DNA of 64,000 nucleotides, taken from Pocillopora damicornis. Taxonomy: Eukaryota. Within the stretch, counting starts at the first letter, position 1. Every line of letters starts with the position of its first letter. Positions 37,401 through 48,954 of the stretch are shown in pieces. The DNA lies in NCBI RefSeq assembly GCF_003704095.1, contig NW_020847109.1, positions 1-64,000 on the forward strand, read 5' to 3'. Position numbers and translations under genes: made by a program. The notes below the pieces were generated by a model. That model made no database searches. It was not told the origin of the DNA and saw only the letters and a program-made list of their open reading frames with translations.

Positions 37401-40400
37401 AAATCAAATCACGAAGAACCACCGATACCGGAGAAAAGGTAATAGAATAGAAAACGAATAGAAGACATAACGGCAACATTTTTCTCACTTTCTAGAGAAC
37501 TGTTTGCCTCCTGCACATCCACCAATGGTTAGCCTGTGCAAATGATAAGTTCTAGGTTAAAACTCAAAGCTGTGGCTTGAAGGGACATTGAAGTCAAATG
37601 AATATTATTTAAGAATACTCCAGTTTTAGATTTCCGCTATTTCATATGATCTCGGTTGTTCTATCTTCTTTGTCGCTCTCTGCCAAAAAAACTAAAAATA
37701 TTTATAAATGTTTAAAGATTTAGTAAAGGAGAATAACGTAGGGCTAGGGATATATGGCTGAGATATAGCCAGAGGAAAAACTTTTATTTCGAATATTTTT
37801 AAACATTACAGCTTTGAAGGAATAATTGAAAAACGAAATGAAAAATATCCTATCAGTCCACTACCACGCCAATATACCCATGAGTCCTTGCTTGTTTTAT
37901 ATATCAATTTCAAAATCAGTGAATGAAATATTATTCTAGGATTCATCAAAAGACAGTCTTAAAGTCGAAACTGTGGAGATGAAACGATCTGAAATGAACT
38001 CATTGGCTTTAATAGAGGTAAAAGAGACATTGTTGGTACAGTTTTACCACTTCTGCGCAGTAATGTCCTTATAGAGCTACTATCTATTTGAATACGTACA
38101 AAATACTTTTGCAGTGCCGTAGGTAGCCCTTGCCCGCAAGATACAGGGTATTTACGTAATATATACCTTAATAATCATGATGAGGATTCAGACTTCAATC
38201 CCTTGAAATCTCTTAATGTCTAACGACGATATTGCTCTTTATTTAAGGCAATTCAAAGTTTTTCTTCTTTCATGCATATGTCCAACGAATGTGAACACCT
38301 CTCCTCATAGACGTCAAAAAAGCATCACAAAAACGTGTTCATGTGGGTTACGAGTTTTTTTAGGTAAATGTTCATGTAAAAATAACCAAATATCAGCCGT
38401 GTTCTAGAGATGCTTTTCTTTTTATATTTCAGACCATGGCGATTCATCGCAGAGAGAGATGCCTAACGCATCCTATCAGCTTTCATTTGCTGAATACTAA
38501 ATGGTACGAGGAGAGTAAAATGATTAAAGGATCTCAACCCTGACTATTTAAAATTTTTCTCCATCAGTTACATATTACATACAATAAGTTTGTTATTGGA
38601 AATAAAACCACCCTCCATGGACTTGCATCATGAATCACCTCAACTTTTAAAACCCACCTCAACAGGAAAAGATCTGGATTCAAAAGTATTAAAAATAACG
38701 TCATGGACTGCACTGTTCACTTTTATTCTACAAGGTAATAATAATGCTCTTTCATGTGTTTCCAGGAAGAAGTTTGGCTGGATGACATTCGCAGTCAACC
38801 TGTTGACCTACCTCCTCTTTATTGTACCGCTGACCACCTTAGCCGTGTACACGCGAACACATGAAGATGATTTGTGTGGTTTTAACTCTTCCAATCCCAA
38901 CGAGGTAAGCTTTGCAGGCTATAAAACAATTCAATGAATTTGACAATTTACATGTAAAAAAACCTATGTATTTTTATTCGAACGAAGATCCTTCTCAATA
39001 TCAAACACGATAACCCTAATAGGTATGTTTTTTTGAGGCGTATTGATTGCCTAGAAACCACGGCTTAAGTTGGCCTTTGTTTAATCATTAACGAGCCCTG
39101 AGAGTCTGAGCTTCGAGGCCCTACGGGTTACCTAGAATTTTCCTTTGTCCACGCTACAGAGAAATGTTCAACTTCTAAGCTGTGTAAAATTATATTTCCT
39201 TTGAAGACTGCCAAAAAATAAAGGGGGTAAATTTCTAAAGAAACTATGGTGCTGAGTCGGTGGGAGAGTATAACAAGGTAATTTATCAACTGAGTTGATA
39301 ACGTAAATTGGCCACTGTAAAACGTTTAAAAGCTCTGAGGAGGGGCTAACGTACGAAACGTCAGATTTTAAACTCTTTACGGTGGCCAATTTACGTTATC
39401 AACTCAGTTGATAATACTAATTTTGTCTTTGCCAAGATACACGAGGAGATGGGACAATTTGTTTTCTCATTCTTTTGTCTTCTAGAATAGAGATGAATTC
39501 CAATGTACTTTTTCCAATGTGGTAAGTGTTTTATCCCGAGTCGAAGTTATGTCCATGTAGGTGCACTTGATATGGTCGAAACGTATCACAAGTTACATGC
39601 AGCCCGGCGATAGAGACCCTAATATGCAAGATGGCCGACAAAACATCCTTGACGAACAAATTGGGAGAAACTAAAAAAAAAAATGAGTGAAAGGGAAACG
39701 AAATGGTTTTTAAATGTTCATTCTGAGCACCCTTCCAGCATTCAATTGAGTTATCAAATTTGCTCCGCTGGTCGGTCTGCTATGTTCAAACCCTCAGTGG
39801 ATACATTAATAGAATTTGTGGTAATGTGGTAATTTTTCATCTCAAATCCTCCCCTCTCCAGGTAGTTTTCTCCCTCTTTACTGGAAAGTAAGGAAATAAC
39901 TTATTGACTCTGGTGTTCATGGCATTTTGTTCTTACTATTTCGCAGGTAGTTCAGGTGTTTAATTACTTTGTGTTAATCACAGCATCAGGGCATCTTCTA
40001 AAGGAACTCATTTCTTTATACCATAAGGTTAGTAAATCTTGGTCAACACCCATGAGTATTTTGCCATATTCATCTAGGAATTCTGAACCATGTGATGCTA
40101 GTTTAGATCAGGTAAGACTCTTACGGGAAAAAATTTGTATTATGGAAAATGTGTAAAGATAATTTAAGCTATATCTGTACTCTTAATAATAAATGAAACG
40201 TTCTACGGAGTTTAGTTAGACCTAATGGATTACACAGGGGGGGACAATCATGTGCCCCTTTTGTACCTGCATGAGAATATTGACAATTTACTTCTCTAAA
40301 ACAATCCGACAACCCCCCCTAAATTTCAATAAGACGCTGTTACGGGAATAGTTTATCACAAAAAAAAAAATCTGCCAAAGCCTCAAATTTTTTTAAAATT

Positions 40401-43400
40401 TTTCTTGACAGCGGCTGTCATACCTGGAAGATGTCAGTAACTTCTTGGAATGGGTTTGTTATATAGCATCAATACTGTACGTCATACCACCCTGTGACTG
40501 TAAAGCTGGTTTTAAAAGAGAAGTTGGCGCGGTTGCTCTATTCTTTGGTTGGATGAATCTTATCTTATACTTTAGAAGGTAAGTTCCAAAAGGAATGTTT
40601 AAAATAAAGATCTCAAGATTTCCGCTGAAAACTATTTCCTATCGAGTTCGATTTCGGTCATGTCGCAATAAAATGAAAGGAAGTTAACTTTATACTCTCA
40701 TTTAACTTGCTTACGATTCTTCTCCTGAAATGCATGGCTCAGTAAGGCCACTGATGACACGTTAGAACTTCTGATCACTAATCAGTTCGTTCCGTTTTTT
40801 TCATTCTTAGACTGTCTTCCTACGGTCAATATGTCATCATGTTGTCAACGATGTTTGTTACATTATTAAAGGTTTGTTTCAAAATACGTCAAAATACTGG
40901 TTTCAGTTATGTCTTATTTCCCTAAAGTTAAGTCATAAAAAACACTTTCATCATACTGGATCCTCTACGCTGAGTTTTTTCTTGTTATAGATATGTCCAT
41001 TAATTCTTCTTAAAGAGGAAAAAAACATATGATTGCTTGACCAAAGGTGTTGCGGTTGATCTGAGGAAAATTGGCAAAGAAAAGCCTCTATCACTTTTAC
41101 GTTCCTAGAGAGCTCTTCCTCTTTCGTAGGCTAAAATTCTCTAGAAACGACCCAGTCGACAGACACATTGCAATCAAGGTCTGTTGTTTTCTTCGCGTTG
41201 GCATGGTCACGTTTTTCATGTTTGTCGAGCCTTATTTTTCCATAATTTTTCGCAGGTTCTGCTTCTTTGGATTTTGTTTATAATGGCATTTGGGACAACA
41301 TTTTTATTGGTCATGAATGATGTAAGTTTATTACATAATCTAGGAATCATAGAAGAAGCAAATAAAGTGAGGGATTTTTATGGCTTACTCCCTTTTGTTG
41401 TAGAAGGATTTTTATTACAGTTTTGAGAAGAAAAAAATAACATTATCACTTCTAAAGCAGCTGAACAGAAGAGGCCATACACATGACAATTTTTGTAGAA
41501 GTAAATATACACACTCAATGTTTCCTTCTATTCCACGCTGATTTTCAGCAAAATTATCTATCAATGATAATTTGGCTTTATCAACTTGATAATTATATGT
41601 AAATTAGCCACCGTAAAGGATTTCCGTAAGCTGACATTTTTAGCTGTTAGTCATTTTCTCTGACGAAAGGCCAATACTGGAAAAGTCAGCTTTAGGAACT
41701 GTTTACGGCGGCCAATTTTTTATTATCAACTCTGTCGATAAAACCAATTTATCTTGTTAAACTCCCTCATCGACGCATCACTACAGTTTCTTTGGAAACT
41801 TGCCCCCTTTATTCATATATGACACAAGTTTTGTTTAAACTATTCCACAGCCTCCATTTGATAAGTTTGGTACTTCAATGATGACGATGTTTGTGATGAC
41901 TTTGGGAGAGATGAATTACCATGAAAACTTTCTTCCGTGGGATAATCTGGCCTTCTCGACCCTCACCAATATTTTGTTTATCGTGCTTGTTCTTGGAATG
42001 CCTATCATAATGATGAACATGCTGGTGAGGCTAATCACTGAGAATATTTCAGATCCTCAATGTGTTATGATAATTCAGGAATGAGATGAAACGAGGTATC
42101 ACACAAGATAAAGAGTTAATGACTCTTCGCATAGCGACATTGCATGATTTCACCTGGGAGGAAGAAGACAGGAGGGGGGGGGGNNNNNNNNNNNNNNNNN
42201 NNNNNNNNNNNNNNNNNNNNNNNNNNNNNNNNNNNNNNNNNNNNNNNNNNNNNNNNNNNNNNNNNNNNNNNNNNNNNNNCCCCCCCCCCCCCATATATAT
42301 AATTACTGGTCAGGAGTAAAAATTTGCACTTTGGTGGGGAAAGATGGGAAAAATGGCAGAGATCCAGATCTTGTGAGCAGTACATTCTATTTCATGCCTG
42401 TTACGTGATTTACACCGTTATCATTTTTATAAATTTTGCTTAATTTCTACTTTTTCAGGTTGGTCTGGCTGTTGGTGATATTGACAAAATCCAGGAGAAT
42501 GCACTTATGGATCGTTATGTCCTTCAAGTAAGGAAAAGATAATTTTTGAAAGATAAATCATGTTGAAGAATATTCTCGTAGTAGCCCTGTTTCGGGTGCA
42601 TGTTAGCTTAAGTGATGAAATTAGACGAATGTACATTTTGTTTTTCAATTCCCAGGTTCGGCTGCTTGTGGACATCGAAAATTCTCTCCCAGAGTTTATC
42701 ATGAAACGTGTGCAAGTTTACTCGTACAGCGAGTTTCCAAACCATCCTAAGACACTTAAACAAAAGGTTGGTACTAAAATTTAAATATGAAAGTCTCTTT
42801 AAGGTCAGTCAAATGAGGAAAAATTTCACTCTTATTCTTAGACTTTTGATGCGTTAAAAATTTTGTCCATTCTTACATTTTTCAGTTGATCGATGGCCTC
42901 GTTGGTTTTGATAAACCTCAAGTTAGTATCGAGGAAGAAGCTAATGAGATGTCACCGGAAATGGTAAAAGTTCTGGAGAGAATACAAAAACAAGAAGAAA
43001 AGTAAGGAGCTTCTGCGACGTGAGGCACTTAATACGTTGAAAGGGAATAACTGATATTATCATATGACTTGTACGACCCCGCGCGAGCGTGGGCCGCCAG
43101 TCCGGAAAAAGACGTCTGGTTTTGCACTCACACAGCTCTTTTGCATTTTCCCAGAACGTGAAATTAAAATGGAGGAAGGAGGCCTAGGAGAAAAAAAAGA
43201 TGAGAAAACGAGTCGGGCTTTTCGATGAATTATGAGTTTCTAGTTCTGAAACAAAGAAAAAAATACGACTCAAAGTTACCTAAAGTAGAATTTTTTAATA
43301 GTTGTCCAGCGCTCGCCAAAGTGGTTATATATACAATGCCTATTGATACAGTTTAGTTGGGCAAGACGACAAATTATTTGGCTCAAATTTATACAACACG

Positions 43401-43823
43401 GTTCTCGTTGCGCTCGGTTCGTATGTTATGACCTTCCCATCCGGCTCTTTCAGTCAGTCAATAAAAACTCATCATCCCGACAGACGTTAAACCTTTAATA
43501 ATCCTTTGCTGATTGTGAGAACGACAAAAATGGTACAAGAGAAAAGAAAGGCTATTTTGTGCATCTGTATCTCCAGTGGAAAGGAAAGTGATTTTTCGGG
43601 TATTTAGTTGCACAGCTTAAACAGTAAGAAAGCATTTGGTAAATAATTTTGTTAAAAATAGTTTGGTCTGTTTTTTTTCTCCAGAATGCAAAAGATGTAC
43701 GAAATGATGAAAGAGCAGTCAGATTTGTTGAAAGAAATACAAAGCAGAAAGATAGCAGACGAACAGAAAAAGAAAGAAGAAACAAAGACGTCCAGTAAAA
43801 TTGGTTTATTTGGATTTTCATAA
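28498..43823 (+). CDS. TRPA1: TRPA1-like ankyrin-repeat TRP channel, paralog A, about 1111 aa, 30 coding exons, complete
   Basis: Phase-consistent exons: 28498-28674, 29306-29399, 30115-30290, 30822-30929, 31464-31572, 31697-31791, 32569-32616, 32842-33027, 33220-33408, 34127-34213, 34311-34396, 34809-34970, 35193-35307, 35779-35948, 36602-36686, 36920-36976, 37355-37438, 37940-38017, 38433-38503, 38766-38904, 39486-39521, 39947-40027, 40412-40578, 40811-40871, 41256-41321, 41851-42024, 42459-42527, 42656-42766, 42886-43001, 43685-43823 (sum 3336 nt). Features: about 16 ankyrin repeats (TPLH-type), pre-S1 LTHP...KW, S1-S6, pore MTLGEMNY, S6/TRP-like MNMLVGLAVGDIDKIQENA and a C-terminal coiled coil. 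Confidence 0.93.
28910..28931. repeat. Poly-G tract (22 nt) in the first coding intron of TRPA paralog A
   Basis: Direct read. Confidence 0.95.
33540..33852 (+). mobile_element. Interspersed repeat with terminal hairpin (family shared with 4885-5140), in a TRPA-A intron
   Basis: Reverse-complement similarity to 4885-5140. The terminal imperfect IR is aacaattagtcacctcaaagt...ttcacctccactttggtaaatgattgtt. Confidence 0.65.
39220..39420. mobile_element. Fold-back copy of the hammerhead-bearing repeat in a TRPA-A intron; degenerate hammerhead at 39332-39365 (+)
   Basis: ttatcaactgagttgataacgtaaattggccactgtaaa pairs with tttacggtggccaatttacgttatcaactcagttgataa. The loop contains gctCTGAGGAggggctaacgtacGAAACGTCaga. 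Confidence 0.75.
41575..41812. mobile_element. Fold-back copy of the hammerhead-bearing repeat in a TRPA-A intron; degenerate hammerhead at about 41657-41690 (+)
   Basis: gtaaattagccaccgtaaa ... CTGACGAaaggccaatactgGAAAagtcagc ... tttacggcggccaatt ... cagtttctttggaaacttgcccc. Confidence 0.65.
42184..42279. other. Assembly gap (96 N) flanked by poly-G and poly-C, intronic
   Basis: Direct read. The flanking exons 41851-42024 and 42459-42527 join in frame (MNML|VGLAVGD), so no coding exon appears to be missing. Confidence 0.95.
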
Positions 43824-46800
43824 ACAAGCCTCTAAAATCAGTTTCACTGTACATACTTTACATACTTTATCTAAATATAGTTTCCAAATTCCAGGATGCT
43901 TATATTCTGAGCGTAATTATACAATTTTTGCGTGCCCCAATTTAGGATTTTTTTTAGGAGCAAGGCCACACCACGACACCAGCAGCTATGTTGCCTACTC
44001 TTTGTCAGAGTTGCGCAGGCTCTTAAACGTCTTCTGCTAACCGGTTTAGAGAAGACACATGAGACGGAGCAATACAGTTTTATATAGTTTATCATAAAGT
44101 TACTGACAAATATCTTAAAGCAGCCAGAGGCTGTAATTGTCAGAGTCCAAAATTTCTACCTCACTCGAGAACATGACCAGGGGCAAGTTATGTCGGCTCA
44201 ATATATCTTTGAATTAATTTGTCAACCGCAAGGTCACGTTGCTTTAGGGAATCGGTGGTTCCGCTTAGGAGAGTATGCTTAAGTCAGCCATGAGAAGCTA
44301 TGAAATAAACGAACAATTGAAATGTACTCGACCGAGGTGTATCGTACAGGGTTTTAAATATTTAGAGTTCAAAAGAAGTTTGTATTTGTAATAGAAAGCA
44401 TGACAGAGAAAAACTTTAAGAAGCAGATGTATGTTAAACAAAGACGATGCCAGGTCACGTGACTGAATGTTTTTGTGAGCGTAAGTGATTTTGTTTATAA
44501 TTGTTCTGCTGAACAATTCTTGTAACAATTGCCCTAGAGAACGAACCACAACTGAATACTGGGGTTTTGAAATTCACGCTACGACACTATGCTGGTAACC
44601 ACAGTCGAAAACAGTTCAGCGTAAAAGGCAAGTGTAGTAACTAGTCTATCAGATATTTGTGTGTGTGTTTTTGTAATAAGCGGGGATTATTGACACGTTT
44701 TCGACCAGTTTAATGCTTCACCACAAGAGACATGCCTAGAGTGACTCGAGGTGCAATTAGGGAGTACGAAATTTTTTTTTGTACTGAGCTCTAACGTTGA
44801 AACCTGGTTCTTTTGTGAAGGTGGAGAAGCTTTCCTTCATTCTATTCTGTCTTTGCCGTTTTATGAGCTAGGTTTGGTAGTTAAGACCTAAATCAAGATG
44901 TAAGACAGAAAGACGCAAGACTCTGATTGGCGAGTTGTAATTGTACAACGAATCCGGCATCCCTCTGAGAAAAGGAAAGAAAATTAAATTGCTTTCTTAG
45001 CCGTCAAATTAAAGAGGCTTCCGATATTAAAGCGCGCAGTGTTTCGGCTGCGTACTATTATCTTACAGTATTTCGACTTTGTGGAGTCCAACTAGAGAGC
45101 TTCATTGGTCGAGGATGAAATTAACCTTTTGGTAAATCAATTCATTCTTCGATATGTACTGTGAAGACGTTTGACTCTGGAACGTGGAAATTATGCCAGA
45201 ACCAGTATTCTTGTCCAATTCAAGTCTTTATGTTTTTCTTAGGGGCGTTTCAGACAAGAAACCGGTGGAATGTGCTCTGTATTGTTCATGAATTTTCAGA
45301 AGATTCTAGTCGAACACGCGTGCTAACAATAAATGTATTTGGTAATTAAGCTCTATTGACTGGAACCCTATTGTTTATGTATCATTTCAAAGTAGTTCCT
45401 ACACGAAATAGAACCCCGTTTAAATCAGTTGACAGTAGCAATGAAAAACTTGCTAAACATGCGAGACAAGTTTCGAAAAATACGTAAATCAATAGCTTTC
45501 GGATAGTATTGATTACACTCTACAGGCTTTCCTCGTGTTCCCCTGCTATCTTGCTTATGTCTTGGAAACTGAGGCTTGATTTTACCGTTATGGTTTGGAT
45601 TTAATAGAAGTGCTGAAAACAGTGAATTTGTAGTCTGACTACCCACACGCCGGCTTATAATTCAACTTATATTGAAAGCCAAATGATAGCCGTTTTTTAG
45701 GTGAGCCAACGTTAGGGTAATAGGAGCAGTATTTAGGTTTAACGTCTAACTTTATTAGTTTATACTTTAGGGCAGAAGTTTCCTACTGCTTTCCTTTCAG
45801 TTTTCTTGTTTCACTTCAAAAAATGAATACAACTGCGTTGCTCGCTAGCGATTAGTCTGAATATTCGAGAAGCCAATCTGCATATTTGATCTGCATATTT
45901 AAATGCGTCATAGCTATTCGATGTGACTGGCTACAAAAGCTGGCAAAATTGAAAAAGAAAGTTATTGTTTTTAGACGGAAAGCTCTCTGGCTGTGGAAAT
46001 ATTTGTTTTTGTGTTCACACTTTGTTGCAATTAAAAGTTTAGGTCCATAACACCTACTAATAGCTAAAAACAAAAGGAGTCTTTCGACTTCCCTAGTAAT
46101 CATCTCTGTCAACTATGGCTGTAAAAAGGAACTAAAGAGTTTTTAAGCATTTTGATCACCGTTTGCACACAGAAGACTGAGTGGCCTCACGAAATACTAG
46201 ATAATGAAATCTGAGTAAACGTCAACTGGAATTTCAGATCTTATAATACAGTAAAGATTTTTTCCTCTCTCGACTGCGTAAAAACAAAGAGGCGGTTAAT
46301 CGTGTTGTCAAAAATGCCTCCCTTTGTCACGATTTACCTGCTTAAACGATCTTATTTTTATATTGTTTTGTCCACAGCTTTGTTACAACTTGTTAATCAT
46401 TCATTGATAAGGGCGCTCTTACTAGTCAAAAATCTATCATCTATTGTATGTTTTATTTGCTGAATATTGTCAAATGCTTTAAAGATAATCTTTCAGAGGC
46501 AGAGGAGAACATTTTGTTTCAGAGCACACCTGTAATAACCCATGGAAGATGTTGAAAAACGGGCCTCAAGTGAGAAATCGTGATTTAGAAATTGTTTTTT
46601 CTTTCTTACGTGTTCCACTTCAAAAGCCGATAGCAGGGAGGAGTAATATTTTGCCTGAGGGAGCCCCTCAATGCCCTTTTGCTGCTCAAAATAGAATACC
46701 TGACACGCTCCATGGTTTTTTTTGCATGATTAATAAACAGCACGGACTTAATGAAGAAGATGAAGTGAATATTAGTTGTGATCTTGAAAAATGAGAGGTA

Positions 46801-46848
46801 AACATTTCAAGATGTTTGGACCGTCACCGGGCTTTTCTTCGCAGGTCC

Positions 46849-47000
46849 GCTCTGACGAAAGGCTAACGCTCGAAACGCCAGCTTCAAAAACTTTTAAGTG
46901 TCGGCAATTTACACTGTAAACTCAGTTGATGAAACCAAAATATTTTGTAATACCCACTCCGACAATGCATCACACAAGTTATTAAGAAACTTGCTCCCCC
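46849..47000 (+). mobile_element. Copy of the hammerhead-bearing repeat between the TRPA paralogs; hammerhead at 46849-46882 with GUC changed to GCC
   Basis: gctCTGACGAaaggctaacgctcGAAACGCCagc...aactcagttgat...aagaaacttgctcccc. Confidence 0.7.
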
Positions 47001-48954
47001 AAGATATAACCCCAAGCTGATTTGGTTCTTTTGTTTCAATATTGCGCAATTCAAACAAACCTTTTCAACTCACTTACCACGTGACTTTGATGCATAAGTT
47101 AGAGAGTAAATAGTATTTGAATTGACGCTTGATCAACCAAACGTTTTTCATGGATTTGATAAAAGGTAATACTTTTTATGCATTTGAAAATTGCGCAGTT
47201 CTAAGCTCCCTTATTCATTATGAAGTGAATTTCTCTCTCTCAACCAAGTGAATTTCTTGGCGTTTTTTGCAAGAAACAATTTCAGGACGCGTTCTGTTTT
47301 TCATTTAATGGCAAAGAAACTTTGGCTGAAAAAATTCGGTGGGCTTCTTCCTGCACCATTTATTGTTTTAGGAAAGATCGGAAAAAAGTACAGATGAAAT
47401 AACAATCTACCATTTCGACGTTAAAATGATTTTTCCAACAGTTGATACATCTGCAATATTTCACAGTAACAACAATAGAATCGAACACCCATTCAGTGGT
47501 CTGTTTCTGAAATAAAACTAACCGTTACGACGAGGCTTGAACCGAGTAAGAATTGCTAGTAGTGACCAGAGAACATTCCTAAAGGAATTACAACATGGTT
47601 TTAATGATACCTCTGTTCATTTTCAATCAACATGAATTGTCAACTTCAATCTAGCTGAACATCAGTTTTGGTTCGGAAGTGTAGCAGCTTTGTTTTAGAG
47701 ATGAAGATTTCCCAAAATTTATTGGGAGAGTGACATGCGCCTTTAAGCGAACTAAAATCATAGTTCGCGTACAATTTGAATGAGCTCGGGTCTTCTTAAT
47801 TTTTACTGAAAATAAAACTCGCTCAACTCTCTGTTTACCTATGTGTGTCCTTTGTTCTTTTCACCTCCCCATTTTTAAGTTTTTCGTCATCTCTAAGTCA
47901 TTGGATCGTGATCAAGGGAAAACAATGTATCTGGACAAGTTTCCAAGTGCAGTTGTCGTAATTTAAAATAATTAATCAGATTTGATCTAAGAACTTTTTC
48001 ACCCCGAAAAGAAAAATTATTTTTCTCTGTGAAATGATCGAGGACAGTGACTTAGGCTCAGCAAATTCCCTACGGTCTGTAAATATAGAAGTACCGCTTG
48101 AGGAAGATATTGACAAATCTGAAAGGTATAAACTATAAATGATGCAATTGAATGGTCCATATACAAGGAGTCAAAATCAGTGCTTTTGACCGGGTTTGAA
48201 ACAACAGATTCAAAAGGTGGAAAAAACTACAGATATTTTTAAGTGTAAAGCAATTTTGTTACCACGATTAGCTAGTTTTAGTTACCAGAACTCTTTTACG
48301 AACGTAACATCATCCATGTTTAATGCTTTTCCGATCGATAACGACACAGACATAAACCCAGAAATATGATCTCGTATGGTAAAGAAGAGCGATCGGAGAA
48401 ACGTTTGTAAATGACTTGAAAAAGTCTGCTTCTAGAGTTCATCCTAAGGAGTTCATCTAAAAGAACCCCCCCCGAAGTTACTTGCGCAATCTTTGCAAAA
48501 GACTGAAACAAGTGTTTAAAAGATTTTTCGATGTCTACGAGGAGCCTAATAAATAGAAAAAGATTGGAATGCCTATAACATGATATGTCTTGCATCCATG
48601 ACCCGGTTTCATTTCAACTGATTTAGCACTCGAGTGTTGTATTGTAAACTGTAACTACGTGTAGAACCAAACGAGTGGAGTTTGGCATTAGAGGTTTTAA
48701 TAAAGATAGGAACCGAGCCTGACCTGGGTAGAGTATCAAGCAACGCCCTGAGAAAAATACAGAAGCTGAGAGGTTAGAACACTGGCACGCAACCTTCTTA
48801 AAATATAGACATTTGAGAATTGACGCTTGGGAACAAGGTAACAGCCAAGAACTTGAGATTTTTCCTGACAACGTTTTACTCTTAATTTTTTTTCATGGTT
48901 TAGCCTTTTAAATAGCAAGTCTCAAGCAGTCGGACAGTCCGCCTCATTTTCATC

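Noticed and set aside
42049-42385. ORFs spanning the N gap, or a missing TRPA exon in the gap
   Set aside because: Artefacts of Ns and G/C homopolymers. The flanking exons join seamlessly in S6.
43830-48900. Additional gene between the TRPA paralogs (several 60-90 aa ORFs)
   Set aside because: No recognisable domains or phase-consistent exon chain. It is consistent with the 3' UTR of A, intergenic DNA and the leader of B.
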